From contig OZ024743.1 in the NCBI GenBank assembly GCA_964016885.1, positions 281,418,001 to 281,482,000 of the forward strand: a stretch of DNA of 64,000 nt, in the 5' to 3' direction. Positions 1 through 45,764 of this stretch are shown here, in pieces. This DNA comes from Eledone cirrhosa (lineage: Eukaryota). How positions within the stretch are numbered: the stretch's first letter is position 1; every line of letters starts with the position of its first letter. Below the pieces are notes generated by a model. The model saw nothing but the letters and a program-made list of their open reading frames with translations. It was not told the origin of the DNA and ran no database searches. A program made the translations under genes and the position numbers.

Positions 1-1165
1 TATAGGATTTTGAGGATTAAGAAGATATTTCAGCATATACCACCCTAAAAAATATTCAAAGGTGACATGCAAAGAACCTATATAAAATTTTTAAATAACA
101 GGTGGCTAAATGAGGATAATCAACAAGTAACAAACTTTTACCAAACATTTTTGGTATGCTTTTGAATATTTAGTATAGAGGTCGGCAGTGGAAATTTTTT
201 TCCATGTGAAAATGTACAATAACACAAAAACGGTTGGGAACCCCTGTTCTAGTTCTTGTCTTTTGTTCTTATGTTTACAGTTATCCTTTTATCCTTCTGA
301 GATTTGGTAAGATGATAAAATACACTCCGTTACCTTTGTGAGGTGATAACGACGGTGCTACAGCAAAAAGCACCCAGTCCATACTGTAAGGTAGTAGTAC
401 TAGTGCCATGGCAAGTAACACCCAGTCTACCCTGTAAGGTGGTAGTGCTCCTAGTGTATGCTGTAAAGTGGTTGGTGTTAGGAAGGTCATCCAGCCATAA
501 TAAACTAAGCCAAAAGTGAAACATATGAGCAAGACAATCTGAACATGACAATCTGTCTACACCATCTAAGCATGGAAAATAGATGTTAAGCAGTGATAAT
601 GATGAAGTATTAGACAAGTACTGGGGTTAGTATAATTGACTATCTTGCCCAAATGTTTTTTATCCATTGCTGGATGTAGCCTCAACAACTGTACAGGTTT
701 AAGTCTACTTGTCCATGTTTGGTGGGCTGCTGCTGCTGCTCAAATCCCGCCAAGGTTAGCTTTGCCTTTCATCCTTACAGGGTTTATAAAATAAAGTACC
801 AGTAATGCACTGGGGTTAATTTAATCGACTTTCCCTTCCCCTAAAATTGTTGGCCTTCTGTCTGAATTAGAAATCATTATATGTACACATTCACTTTCTC
901 TCCCCCTCTCTCTATATATATTTCTATAAAGAATTGTGTGCTCGTGCATGGAGACACTATAAAATAGGGTAAAGACGGAAAAAGAGGTTACCATCAGCTG
1001 CTATGAGGAATCGGACCCCATCTTTTATCTCTCATTCTATTTGCTGGTGAAGGAGTAGTGTCTAAAATATTAAGACTCTTTTCCTCGTATATCAAGTGTT
1101 AAACTTATATGTTCTTCGTTGTACTGTGCTATTTGCTTTGTTGTTTCTATTTACTTTTTACATAC

Positions 1166-1234
<69 letters not shown>

Positions 1235-4200
1235 CTCTCTTTCTCTCACACACATGCACTTTTCTATATGATAATTATATAAAGATGTTAATTTATGATT
1301 AAGAATCAATTTTTATGTCTAAGAATTTTATGAAACTGTTTTCGGTATTGAAATATTTATTTCTTTATTTTCAGGAGAGAACTGCAAGTATTTTTTTTTT
1401 TCTTTCTAAAACTATGAAAATATTGCATTCTGTTTCTCTAAGAATTTCTTTAAAGCCTTTATCTGCAAAAGCAACTTTAATCCTTATTTTTTTTTATTTT
1501 GCTCTTTTATTTTGTTGCATTTATCATTATTAACTTTTTGTTTGCTTCAGAATTGTATCATTTCTCTCTCTCTCTCTACCTCTCACTATATATATATATA
1601 TAACAGGTAAAGACCCCTCTCCCCTTTGGTCACAGATGACCATGAGATTTGCACCTAGAAAGTTCCCCTTCAATGCACAAGTCCAGGCAAGGTTGTTTAT
1701 CTCTTTAGCATTCACATTACTCTATATATACTATTATATTTTCATGGTAAAGGCTTTACCTTGCATAATTATCTCACATAATATCGAATCTATGAGATTT
1801 TGAAAGTATTAATTTTGAGAACAATACCTTAACATTAGTTTGAGTGACCAGTTACAGCCAGTTTCAACAGAAAAAGGTAGAGAATTCTGGCTGGTTTGAA
1901 CATTAAAGGGTTATAGAAGACCAACTGTCACCAATACTTTCCAGTCTTCCTTCTCCATGCCATCAATGTTGTCCAAGGGAAAGGCAAAAGTTGATACACC
2001 TTGGCACCAGTAACATCACAACTCATTTATATAACTGAATGAACTGGAGCATTGTGAAATTAAGTGTCTTGCTCAAGGACACAACACATCACCCAGTCCA
2101 AGAATCAAACTCACAACCTCCCAATTGCAAGCCCAATGTTCTAACCACTAACATATATATATTTATATATATATATATATATATTAACAGTTTGGCTTAT
2201 GCATTACGAAATAGTTTCATGGACATGAACATGTCCATTGCCTTCAGCTGCATTTAATTTTTAAAATATAGTATTGCATAAATAAGACAGACTATTAGCA
2301 TATTTATTCTCAACATCCACATCATTAGTTGATTGCTCTTTTCTTTCATGTGTACCCACTGGTGATGATATATATATATTAGAAGTTGCTTGCTTACAAT
2401 ATGAGGCCTGATTACATCTCATGTGAAACAACTGCTACAAAACAAATATGTTTGCAATAATATGCAGTCTCATTAATTTATATATATGCCATCCAGCTCT
2501 GTTCAAAATCATGTCATCTGCACTAAATGTGGCTTAATGTGTAAATCAACAGCTGGACTGAAGAGCCATTTAAGGCATAAATATTTTAAAAAATTGAACT
2601 GAGAAGACTGCATGAGCAGTGATACATGATGGGAGAGTCCATCAATCAATAAATAAATACTAAACGTCTTTACCACATAGCAGTGTTGAGGAAATATCCA
2701 AAGCAATGAAGAGGCTTGTATCGTATTATGATCTGTCACATGATTTGACATGGATGATTGTGAAATGTCTAGTGGAAAATGCAGGCCTAGTAATTTTCTT
2801 GATGTATTCAGAGCTAGAAATGTCAAAAACTAGGTTCATCAGCTTACCAAATTCTGTTTTAACATTATTTTATTTAGAAAAAGGGGGCATATAACTGGGA
2901 GAATGTAATGAACATTGCTGAGCTAGCCTTGGGTGCTAAATATCCAGGCACCAGTTCTGCTCTCAGTACTTACTGCCATACTACAATACTTTTAAGGGCA
3001 ATGGATTGGTAGAGCATGGATAAAATGCTTTGCATCATTTAGTTACAGCCCTTCACATTCTGTGTTCAAATCTTCATCTTACATCCTTCTGGGGTCAATA
3101 AAATAAAGTATCAGTCAAGTACTATGATCGATATAATCAACTTTGCCCTCACCCTAAAATTTAAAATTATTATATATTTCATACTTTTTGAACATCCATT
3201 CTTATCGCTTACACATTTCAACTTATATGGTCTACAATATGACTTCTATACCATCTAATCTCACCACACCTGAGGTCATTCCCAGATGGTGTAAGCTGAA
3301 AATGTGGATTAATACAATTAAGTCAAATCATCATCATTTATCATCAGTTTTCTGTGCTATCAAGGGTTGAATGGGTTGTCATGGATCAAATCAGTACCCA
3401 ACAGGAGCCACTGACCACCCAGGTGGACCAGAGCATGCAGAATGCTGACATACATTCCTGTACTCGACTGAGTGTACTGGGTGTGCTTTATCATGGCACC
3501 AGCATTAATAAGGTTATCATGTCTTTGTCACAGCTGAAGAAACCTTTCAACCATTTTCTACAACTAGATGTCCTTCCTATTTCTAACCTCTTCGCAGAAT
3601 GGCACCAACACTACAAAGGTTGAATTAATACCTGGTCCTCATATTTATGGTGGCCACTATTTTACTCATAACTGGTTAACAATCTCCATATTGGACACCT
3701 GTGGTTGCCAAATATGGTCAGCATATATTTGTGATGCTGTGGATACACATGCTGAAGCTAGCTCAACCAATTTTGGGTAAACACCAACACAAGTACAAAT
3801 GCATTTTATCTGTGAATTCTAACTTCTTAGTTCTGCTCTATTTCTTCCCAAGTTTTTTCTCAATATATCAAGTCACAGCACTTTATACAGCTTCCATCAA
3901 GTCCACACTAGCACTAATCTCTCCTATGTGTGTTTTTTGTCAATGCTTTTGATACTTGGTTGCTTTCTGAACTTACTTACACTCAAGCTTTTCTCATAAG
4001 TTAATAATGCACATTGTTTTTATTGCCAAAAGCACTCCGTAACACCAGTCCTTTTAGTTGCCTCTTACTACATCATCATCATCATCATCATTTAATGTCT
4101 GCTTTCCCTGCTAGCAAAGGCTGGAAAGGTTGTCAGCAGACTAGATTGGTACTCAAAGTGGAGGTATTGTCTCCATAGTGGGCCGTGAGCTTGCATCTCA

Positions 4201-4662
4201 CTTACTAACGTTCAGACAGACCAGTGGCCTACAACTTGCTTGCATATGATCCTTCACACTACCAAGGTTTTCTATTGCTGAGTGCCCTTCCTATCACCAA
4301 CGACTTTATAGAATGTACTGGATGCATTTATCGTGTAAATCACCAACACTAAGGAGATTAACTGAAGAGTCCACCAGACCCATTGTTTGGCAGAGATATT
4401 GTATACCTAAAACTGAGGAACACAAGCTAGAGAAGGAACTTCTATGTTGTCACTTGACTGGCTGAAAATAGCAGCCCTAATTGAATAATATAGCATTAGA
4501 TATCCCTAAAAAGATGTGCTAATTGCTAGAATGCCTTTTATTGTAGGTTTCTGTTCAATCAGTATTGACTTAGGGCTAAATACTAACAAAATTATATCCT
4601 CCAAACTGGATATAGCAGGCATTGTAGTTGTTCATGGCTACTCATGCTGTTAACTGAATGTG

Positions 4663-4697
<35 letters not shown>

Positions 4698-5042
4698 ATA
4701 AGTCATACCTTTTTCTACAAAAGTAGACAGTGAAAACCAGCATGCAACTTATCTATTGAACCTACAAAACATCAATTTAAAATATATGATTCTTTCTAAA
4801 AATGTTGTGTAAATAGAGGTGCAAATTATGCATGAGTTTACTCAGTAGTGTGTATATATGTAGTATTAGGATGCTCTCTTTAATATTGATTTAAATTATT
4901 ATATATTTTATTTACCCCTCCACACAGACATTGTATGAGTTTTATAATTTTGAATACTTGGTTAAATTCACAAACATAATTTCTTTTCTTGAATGTAATT
5001 CTTCTTTAATTAATCTTTTTTTCTTTTCTTCACAATGTAAAG

Positions 5043-36843
<31,801 letters not shown>

Positions 36844-37859
36844 TTTGTCCCAGCAAAACTATTCAACAAGCCTGTGTAAATGAATACGAATATTTCAGAA
36901 GAAAATAATCTTTAAAAATGGAAAATACTTTCTTCTAAATAAACAACCACAATGTTTCCTTTACAGTTTTTTTTTTCATTCCATATCATGCATCCTTGAA
37001 CTAAAATATCATTTTAGAAAAGAAAAAAATTTCAAATGAATTTAAATTAAAGGCAACATCTTAATAAAACCAAACAACACTCGTTTATTTGTCTAGTCCT
37101 TTTTTCTCCCTGTCTTCTGTTAACTTTGTCATCTCATTCTGAATTTGATGAGTTAGTAAAGTATTTAGTCTGACAGGTTTTCCTTTCTGTCATTTAATTT
37201 GAATTCATGTCTATACCTTTTATTTTCTGTAATATTAATTTGGTGCAACTTTATTTTAAACCCTTAATTTAATTTAATTCTCATTTTATATTTTAGATAA
37301 CTCGTTCTAATATCATAGATATTGGTATTTGTATATGTTTTAGACTTTACAAAATAATATGAACTGTTTAAATTATTTTCTATTCTCAATATGATATATA
37401 TTATAAATTGTATTTTGTCTTGTAAATAATAGAAAAATTTAATGTGAGGGTTGTTTGTGAATATTAAAAAAATGTATATTTTTATGTATAGCTACCAGTG
37501 ATGTCTCATGTAAAGAAATGAAATGATGATAATGCTAATGATGAATATTTCTTGGCTTGGTGGGTTTAAGTTGTATTTATTAAAATCCATACAAGGTCCA
37601 GTTTATTGTTTATTTGTGTTTTATTTGATTTCATTTCCTTTGATTTTCTTTTTACTTTGATGATATTTTTCCTGTATTTTATAAGAGGTTCAAGTCTCAG
37701 TTATTAACCAGCTGTTTGATTCCAATTAATCATTGTTACCAATATTTTTCATCAGTAGTGAAGATCTCATAAGCATAAATCATTAAAACATCAGATTAAA
37801 TACCTCTTCTCAGCTTTGCAATGCTTTTAAGTAATTGCTCCAAGTGTCTTGGATTGCTT

Positions 37860-38190
37860 CTGTTCTTTACCCACTTGAGAGGGTTGTGGAGTCTTCAGAC
37901 ATGCCTTCCAGGGGGTCCTATCAGAAGCAACCATCTCCATGTGATTTGGCTGGATCCTCAGTGAGACCAACCGAGCTCATGGACTTTATCTACCCATCGT
38001 CGCCTGTCAGTTTGCTTTGCCAATAAAATCTGTCCGTTCCTTAGACATTATAACCACATATCCATAGTATTGGAGCTATGATCTCTCAATTTAGAAACAT
38101 GGTTCTCCCCAGAGAAACTCCGATCTCTGAGCTACGCACCCTACTGAGTAACATTACTCCAAAAACCCTTTGGAGGAAACCTATTTCAGC
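37860..38190 (-). mobile_element. Decayed Rex3/Expander-like RTE 3' fragment (related pieces at ~41030-41260 and ~62185-62246)
   Basis: Remnant VAEIGFL...RVRSSEI; shared 3' end with the 41030 copy; KAKLSIFNSVFVPTL near 62200. Confidence 0.6.
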
Positions 38191-38936
38191 CACTTGTATT
38201 TCAGTACTTACACAAGATTCATGATCTGTTTAAAAGAAGAAAGTATCTTCTATAACCTTTTATATACAGACTGGGCTTGCTAGGGGCTTAACACCACTGT
38301 GTGGTACTCACAATTGAAACAAGTAAAGAACAATAACTCAGAAATGAATGTGTGAAATTAATTTTTTTATTATAAGTAGGTAAGCTGATAATTTGCTTCT
38401 GGTATTAAAATTTTAAAAAAAGCGGAACTTTGGAGAAGCAGGTATATTCAAACACATATACATATATATAGAGAGAGAGAGAAATAGAAAATGGCACATC
38501 AGTCATTTCACATTCACACACACTTCATACAACTCTCATAAATATTTACATTCATTTCACATCTACAGATTTCATTACACTAGCAGATACTAAAAGCAAA
38601 CCAGTCTCAGAATGGATAGGAAGTGGTTCAATTTCACACATTTGCATCTAAAAATAAATTGACATAAAAACAAACAAAAGCAAAATTTATTTAACAGACA
38701 CACACACACACATTATACGTGTCAGTTCACAAATGTCATCCTCCCATTATTCCTAGCAGATACGAAGAAACCACCACTTGCAAACAATGAAAGTCACATA
38801 CCTATAACAAAAGCACATAGCTTGGAACCAGTTTCTTATAACTTGATGAAATAATTGAACAGGTAACACACCAACATCTTCGTTGCCTTCAATTTTTTCC
38901 CAAATCTACCATCCATTTTGCCTTGGAATAGCATAC

Positions 38937-38968
<32 letters not shown>

Positions 38969-39999
38969 CATCATCCCCGTTTAACGTCGATTTTAGCAGG
39001 AGTTGTCCTATTGTGAGACAAGCCAGGTCAGATGGCCATGTCTTGCTCATACAGAACTGATTTGCACTTGGTTTCTACAGCTGGATGCCCTTCCTAATGC
39101 CAACCACATTTACAGTGAGTACTGGGTGATTTTTGTTGTAATACCTACACGAACACTTTACAGTGTGGACTGGGTGTCTTTTATCGTGGCACCAAAACAA
39201 CCACTTCAGTGATGACTGCGCGCTTTTTGTCATGTCACCTACTCGACACATTGATGGTACCAGTTTGGGAGTTTGCCATCAGTGGGAAAGAAGGAAGATG
39301 GGAGATATAATTTTATTGGTCAATGAGGTTAAAGTGTGGGGGGGGGGGGGGGGTAGAAGAGTGATGTGACTGACTAGTGTCTTAGCTGAACTTATAAAAC
39401 AGGAGACATAAAATAGAACAAATAGGAAAACATGAAATAGAACACAATGTCCGAATAAGCTGCATAACCACATGGCGATAAGGATAAAGTTGAGGTTAGG
39501 AGAAAATTTCAAAGTTTGTAAATATGAACAGACTTTAAATGATGGAGGAATATATCACATTTACTTTCCCTTTCTCACTACACAAGGGTCAGTTGAAAAG
39601 TTCATAGGCTGACTGAAGAAGCTGTGATATCTTGCATGCATTAATTTCAACTCTTATTAATAACTGCATTGTTTCTTCCCAGAGATTATGTTGAAAAATA
39701 AAGCTCATTTGGTCATTCCATGAGAGTATCGTGGTCATCCTATGAACCTTTCAGCCACACTCATATAATACATTCACTTCTTTCAATTTCTAAACATTAT
39801 ACGTTACTTCTTTCCACACAATTTCTTAAAATAGTTTTTATGAGTCCAAGAAACCTGACCTGGTCTATCACCAGTTTTAGGTGCCAACATTTCCTACTTA
39901 GCCTAAGTCTAATGCTAATTTTGGGGCCTTTATTTCATACCTAGCTTGCATCTATCACTAGTTTTTGGAGCCTATATTTCACAGCTTTGTAGAAAATAA

Positions 40000-40500
40000 T
40001 GGTTTCTGATTTAGGCACAAGACCAACAATTTTGGGGAAGGGGAAAGTTGATTAAATCAACGCCAGTGCATTACTGGTGCTTTATTTTATTGACCCTCCT
40101 AAGGATGACAGGCAAAGCTAACCTCGGCAGGATTTTAACTCAGAATATTTAAAAAAATATAACTATATGCTGCAAAACATGTCCAATGCTCTACTGATAC
40201 TGAAAATCCACTGCTTTGTACAAAATAATTGTTTCTACTTTAGGTTCAAGGCCAGCAATTTAAAGTGGAGGGGAAAGTCGATTAAATCGACCCCAGTGCA
40301 TTACTGGTGCTTTATTTTATTGACCTCTTAAGAATGAAAGGTAAAGCTGAACTCGGGACGTAACTCTGTACCGTGAATTATGGTGTCCGATGCTCTACCA
40401 ATACTACCAATCCACCACCCTAACTGCTTTGTACAATGCCAGCAATTATCCCAGTGTATTACTGGTACTTTATTTTATCGACCCCGTAAGGATAAAAGGC
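40000..40500 (-). repeat. Cluster of SINE copies with GCCTTTCATCC...GGGTCGATAAAATAAAGTACCAG core (others at 740-880, 3000-3160, 9715-9900, 27420-27540, 41805-41960, 47450-47590)
   Basis: Recurrent conserved block, preceded by a GAGTTCAAATCC B-box-like motif in the fuller copies. Confidence 0.75.
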
Positions 40501-40698
40501 TTTGTACAAAATAATAAGAACTATACTCACTTTTAATTGTTGTCTGATTATTTCCCACCCCCACCCTCTATCTCTCTTACATACACACTATGCAGTTGTT
40601 TGACTGCCATACCTCAATTCCAATGTCTCCATGAGAGACACCAAAACTGAATTATTTTTACAAAAAGGTAAATAATACAAATGGATGTTTATGAAATT

Positions 40699-40802
40699 TC
40701 AGTTTTCGTCCATCAAATCCCACAAGTAGTTAGTTATAAAGAAAGCTGAATTCTTCCTGTTGTTTAAAGTAAATGGTTTGAGAATTCCATGTTTGGAAAT
40801 AT
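40699..40802 (-). CDS. SPC24: SPC24 last exon (ISKHGILKPF...ITNYLWDLMDEN*)
   Basis: ctgcag acceptor; YLW motif; TGA stop. Confidence 0.9.
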
Positions 40803-43800
40803 CTGCAGAATTAGTTAAGGTTAAACATAAAGTGACATCAAATACAAAAATTTCAATCAAGAAAAATAATGATTTTCGACATTGGGGAAACTGGCTGAGT
40901 TACTTGAGAGTTGGATGAAATACCTTGCAACATTTGTTCTGGCTCTTCTATTCTGTGAGTTCAAATCCTGCCAAGGTCAGCTCTGCCTTTCATCCTTTTG
41001 GAGTCAATAAATAATCCTACCAATCCTCCTTCTTCTTCACCCACTTATTCCTGAGAGGGTTGTGAGGGCAGAGTCCTCAAACACTCCTTCCAGCAGGTCC
41101 TGTCAGAAGCAACCATCTCCAACTGATCCAGCTTGATCCCCAAGCGAGACCAGCCAAGTTCATGGAAGTTATCCAACCATCTTGCTCAGGATCTACCCCT
41201 GGGTCTCCTACCTGTTGGTTTTGCCCGTAAAATCTGTCCAGCAATTCTTTCCCGAGACATTCTAACCACATGCCCATTGGTAAAATTAGTTTAGCATCAA
41301 ACATTCATTTACCTTCTTCTGTTCAGGCTCAGGTAGGCCCTCGCTCACAAAACTTACCGAGTGCATTTTATCGTGGCACCTGCACTAGGGAAGTTGTTAT
41401 TAACATAGCTAAAGAGTCCTACCAACCATTTGTTTGGCAGGTCTTATACAGATGGATGCTCTTCCTATCACCAACCACTTTACAGAGTGTACTAGGTGCA
41501 TTTATATAAATCACCAACACTCAAAGTCTTTGATATTTCTTACATGAGCACAAGGTCACAAAGTTTGTGGATGGGTATAGGTTTTGATATTTATCCCAGT
41601 ATTTGACGAGTACATTATTTCATCAACCCTGAGAGAATTAGCGGTAAGGTTGACCCTGATGGGATTTGAATTCTTGTATTGGCATATAGTCACAAATTTG
41701 ATGGGGAGGTCTATAGCTGATTCAACCTACTCTCAGTATATCATTGGTACTTAATCTATCATAATCTATCTACCCGTTTCTATTATCCCAACACTCTAAA
41801 TAATAATCGTTTCTAACATAGGTGCAAGGCCAGAAATTTGAGGGGAAGGTGTTAGTCAATTAAATTGATCCCAGTACCTAACTTGTGTTTTATCAATCCT
41901 GGAAGAATGGAAGGAAAAATTGACCGTGTTGGGATTTGAACACAGAACATATAATGCCTGAACAACAATACAGAATCCAAAAAATTGATTTAACTCATTT
42001 GATACTGAACTGCCTGAAACCGCCCCTGATTCTATAATACAAAACTGTATATATATGTTTATCTATATATCTAAAACAGAGAATATCTGTCTGTCTGCCT
42101 GTTAAAGGTGAAAGCAGCGATTCTTTGCTTAAACTTTAATCTGTTATTTTAATATATATATAATTATATATTCGTGTACAGATATTTTTGTATACACAAT
42201 AACAAAATATAAACAAACGTATTTATTTCACGAGGCTCGACAGCAGCAAAAACAACAACAAAAAAGAGAGGGAATTCAATTACATGCTTTTGAAAAATCT
42301 TAATGGAAAATTATTTGCCTATTCACCTAAGGCGACTTCACTTTTTTATTAGGACTTCGGCATCAATTGGTGAACATACGACGAAACTGTTTCAGAAAAG
42401 AGGGATAAACATGCCAATCTATGTTTAGAATCCCGAGCAATGCCAAGCCATTCTGCTAGTATTTACCTAAAATACATCCATCATAATTTCATGTAAGCAC
42501 TTTTGTTAAGTTATATTCTAAACACCAGCTTAATAATGAGAAAATTATTATTTAATGCCTGCAAATTCTTGATTTTTAAAATGGTTTAATAACCATAGGC
42601 ATTAGAAATATTGTAATGAAAGAGTTAAAGAAAGTTATAACAGTAAATGCAAGGATACAGCCTTTGATGTCGTCTGCTTCACAATCATACTGCCAACGTA
42701 TTCCAGTGATGTGAGTGTATAAATCAATATCATACCTGTAAAAAATTAAAAAACAGTTACTCAAATAGAAACAGTGAAGATGCATAGACTCTTGGATAGG
42801 ATGTTGAACTCATGATCATACGGTTGTGGGATTGATTCCTAGATCAAGTGACACATTTTATTCTTGAACAAGGATTCAACAAGTAAGGTGAATTACTCAA
42901 GGTTTGCCCAAGCTTTCCATGCTAGCAAGTGAGGACCCAAAAGTTGTTCTATCTCTCTGCTATTTGTTTAGGGTGGAGGAGGTCAAGGGCATGTCAGGGA
43001 GTACAGTAGTATAGTGGCAGGTGGGAGGTGGGGCCTAGGTGTTGTCCCACCTATTTGTTTCTTCAGGTTTAGGGTGGAAGTAGGTAGGTGGATTAGCCAT
43101 CTTCCTTGTGCTATTTCATTCCACTTACATGAAAAGGTGAATTCCCTATATTACGGAACATCACCAGCTTTCTCGATCATGAGTCATCTCTTTTCTAAGA
43201 TTCAACAGCATGAGATCGGACTTCACCACATCCCACGTTTTCCTAGATCTTCCCTTTCCAAGGGTTTCTTTGACTTTGGGCACTCTGCTTTTATTTATAC
43301 AACTGTTATCCTTCATACACATTACATGGCCATACCATCAGTCTCCTCCCCTACACACTGCAACCGATGCCTCTTATACCCAGTTTTTCTCTTAGTTCAC
43401 TGACACTTTGTCACTCAGGTATACTACTATTACACATTCATCAGAGCATGCTTGTCTATTTTCTTTCCAATCTGTGTAAGTATTCTGTACACAAAGCCCA
43501 AGTCACACTACCATATAGCATTGTTGTTCACATGCAGCATTATACAATCTGTCTTTCACTCAGAAGGAAAGACCCTTTCTTGTCAGCAAAGGTAGTAGTT
43601 CCCTAAACTTTTTCCAACTGGTTCTTACTTTGGCTACTGTACTTTCAGAACATCTACCCACTCCCCATACACACACACTGCTAATTTAGCCCCTTGGTAG
43701 CAGAAGCTGTCAACTACCTCTAAAGAGCCATTTAAGCATTTGATAGGGCTTATTTCCTATGAGCTCTTGTTGCTAACTGCTCCTGTGCATCAGTCACATA

Positions 43801-45730
43801 CAAATCCTATATTCTTACTAACTTGCCTACAATCCCACTATATATTTTGTGTTCCCATAGCTTACATTTTGTATACAATATGGAATTTCTACCAACACTT
43901 TTTCTTTATACTAAACAAAACCATTTTCCTAAAGGAATCAGGGCCTGTTTTCTTTTTCACATATTAGGACTTTGGTCTTTGTTAAGTTGAGGCCTTTTGA
44001 TTCCAGGTTTTGCTTCCATGCATGGAATTTCTAATCTAATTCTACTGCAGTTTTAGCTATGAAGACTAAATCATCAGCATATAGGAATTCCCATGAGAAA
44101 CCAGTTTTAAACTCCTCTTTTATAGCCTAAAGAACAATAATAAACAGGAGGGGGCTGAGGACAGAGCCCTGGTGGACCCACCACCTGTACCCTAAATTTG
44201 TCACTATATTCTTTGTTGATTCTAACCTTATTGGCTGCACCCCTGTACATAGTTTGTACCACCCTGACAAACAATTCCTCAAAACCTAGTTTCCTAAGGG
44301 CTCACCAGATTATGGAGCAGGAAACTCAGTCAAAAGCTTTTTCAAGATCAAGAAATGCTAGGTAGAGGAGCTTACTCTTTGTTAGGAACTTTTCTTGCAG
44401 TTGTCTTACAAGGAAGAGGGCATCTATGGTATCTTTCTTGGGCATAAAGCCAGACTGCATCTCATCTATGTTGATTTCCCCCCCCCAACACACATATATA
44501 CATACATATATATATGCATACATACACACACACATATACTTATATATACACATACATACATGTTTTATATATATATATATATCATCATCATCATCATCAA
44601 CGTTTAACGTCCGTGTTCCACGCTTGCATGGGTTTGGACGGGGGTAGTCCCACTTGAGGCAAGAGTGATTGTCTTGCTCGCATAGGACTGTCTGGCAGGT
44701 TTTCTACAGTTGGATGCCCTTCCTAACACCAACCACATTTACAGTGTGGGTCTGGGAGGTTTTTACCGTGTTGCCTACACGGCCACATTACAGTGTGGAC
44801 TGTGTGTTTTTTTGTCGTGACACCTACACGATCTCATTTGTTTCGGCCTCGATGGCGCGGCACCAACATAACTTTACATAGAACGGGGTGGTGTGGATGG
44901 GGTGGGGGCGGGGGTGGTGGGACGGGGTGTATTTTGTTAGGGATGCCTACTGGCTGGAGTAGGTTTTACTATATATTTAGGTAAGGCGGGTCTTCTCTGT
45001 TACTGAGTACCGCCAAAGGTCTCGGTCCAGTGACATTGTCTTGGAGAGGTGTAAGTGTGTGATGTCGGAGTTTATCAGCTCGTCCCAGGTTTTCCTAGGT
45101 CTGCCTATTCCGTGACTACCGTCTATCTTTATTGCCCTGCACTTTGTTATACAGCTATCGACTTTCATGCGCATCACGTGTCCATACCAACGTAGCCTTC
45201 TCTCGAGTAAACAACATCTGATCCCTCTTATCTCTAATTTTTTCCTTAGTTCGTTTATGCTTTGCCGTTCACGTATATTACTGTTACACATCCAGCGGAG
45301 CATGCAAGCTTCGTTCCTCTCTAGTCTGCGTATATCCTCTGCACACAATGCCCAGGTCTCACTGCCGTGCAGCATTGCTGTTCGTATGCAGGCATCGTAC
45401 AACCTGCCTTTCATTTTTAGTGAGAACCCTTTAGCAGCTAATAGTGGTATAAGCTCTCTGAACTTTTTCCAACCAGTTCTGACTCTAGCTACAGTACTTT
45501 CAGAGCACCCTCCCCCACTGCTGATTTTATCGCCCAGGTAACGGAAGCTGTCCACTATTTCTATAGAACCCTCTGCGCAATTGAAAGAGCTAGTAGTTTG
45601 TGGGCACTTGCTGCTACTTATTGCACCAGAGCACCGGCCACATGTAAAATCTATGTTCTTAGTTAGCTTACCTGATATATATATAAATATATATAAATAT
45701 ATATATAAATATATATAAATATATATACCT

Positions 45731-45764
<34 letters not shown>

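Noticed and set aside
1-5042. DDX46 first (ATG) exon and promoter
   Set aside because: No convincing short ATG exon with a phase-2 donor was found; it probably lies upstream of the window
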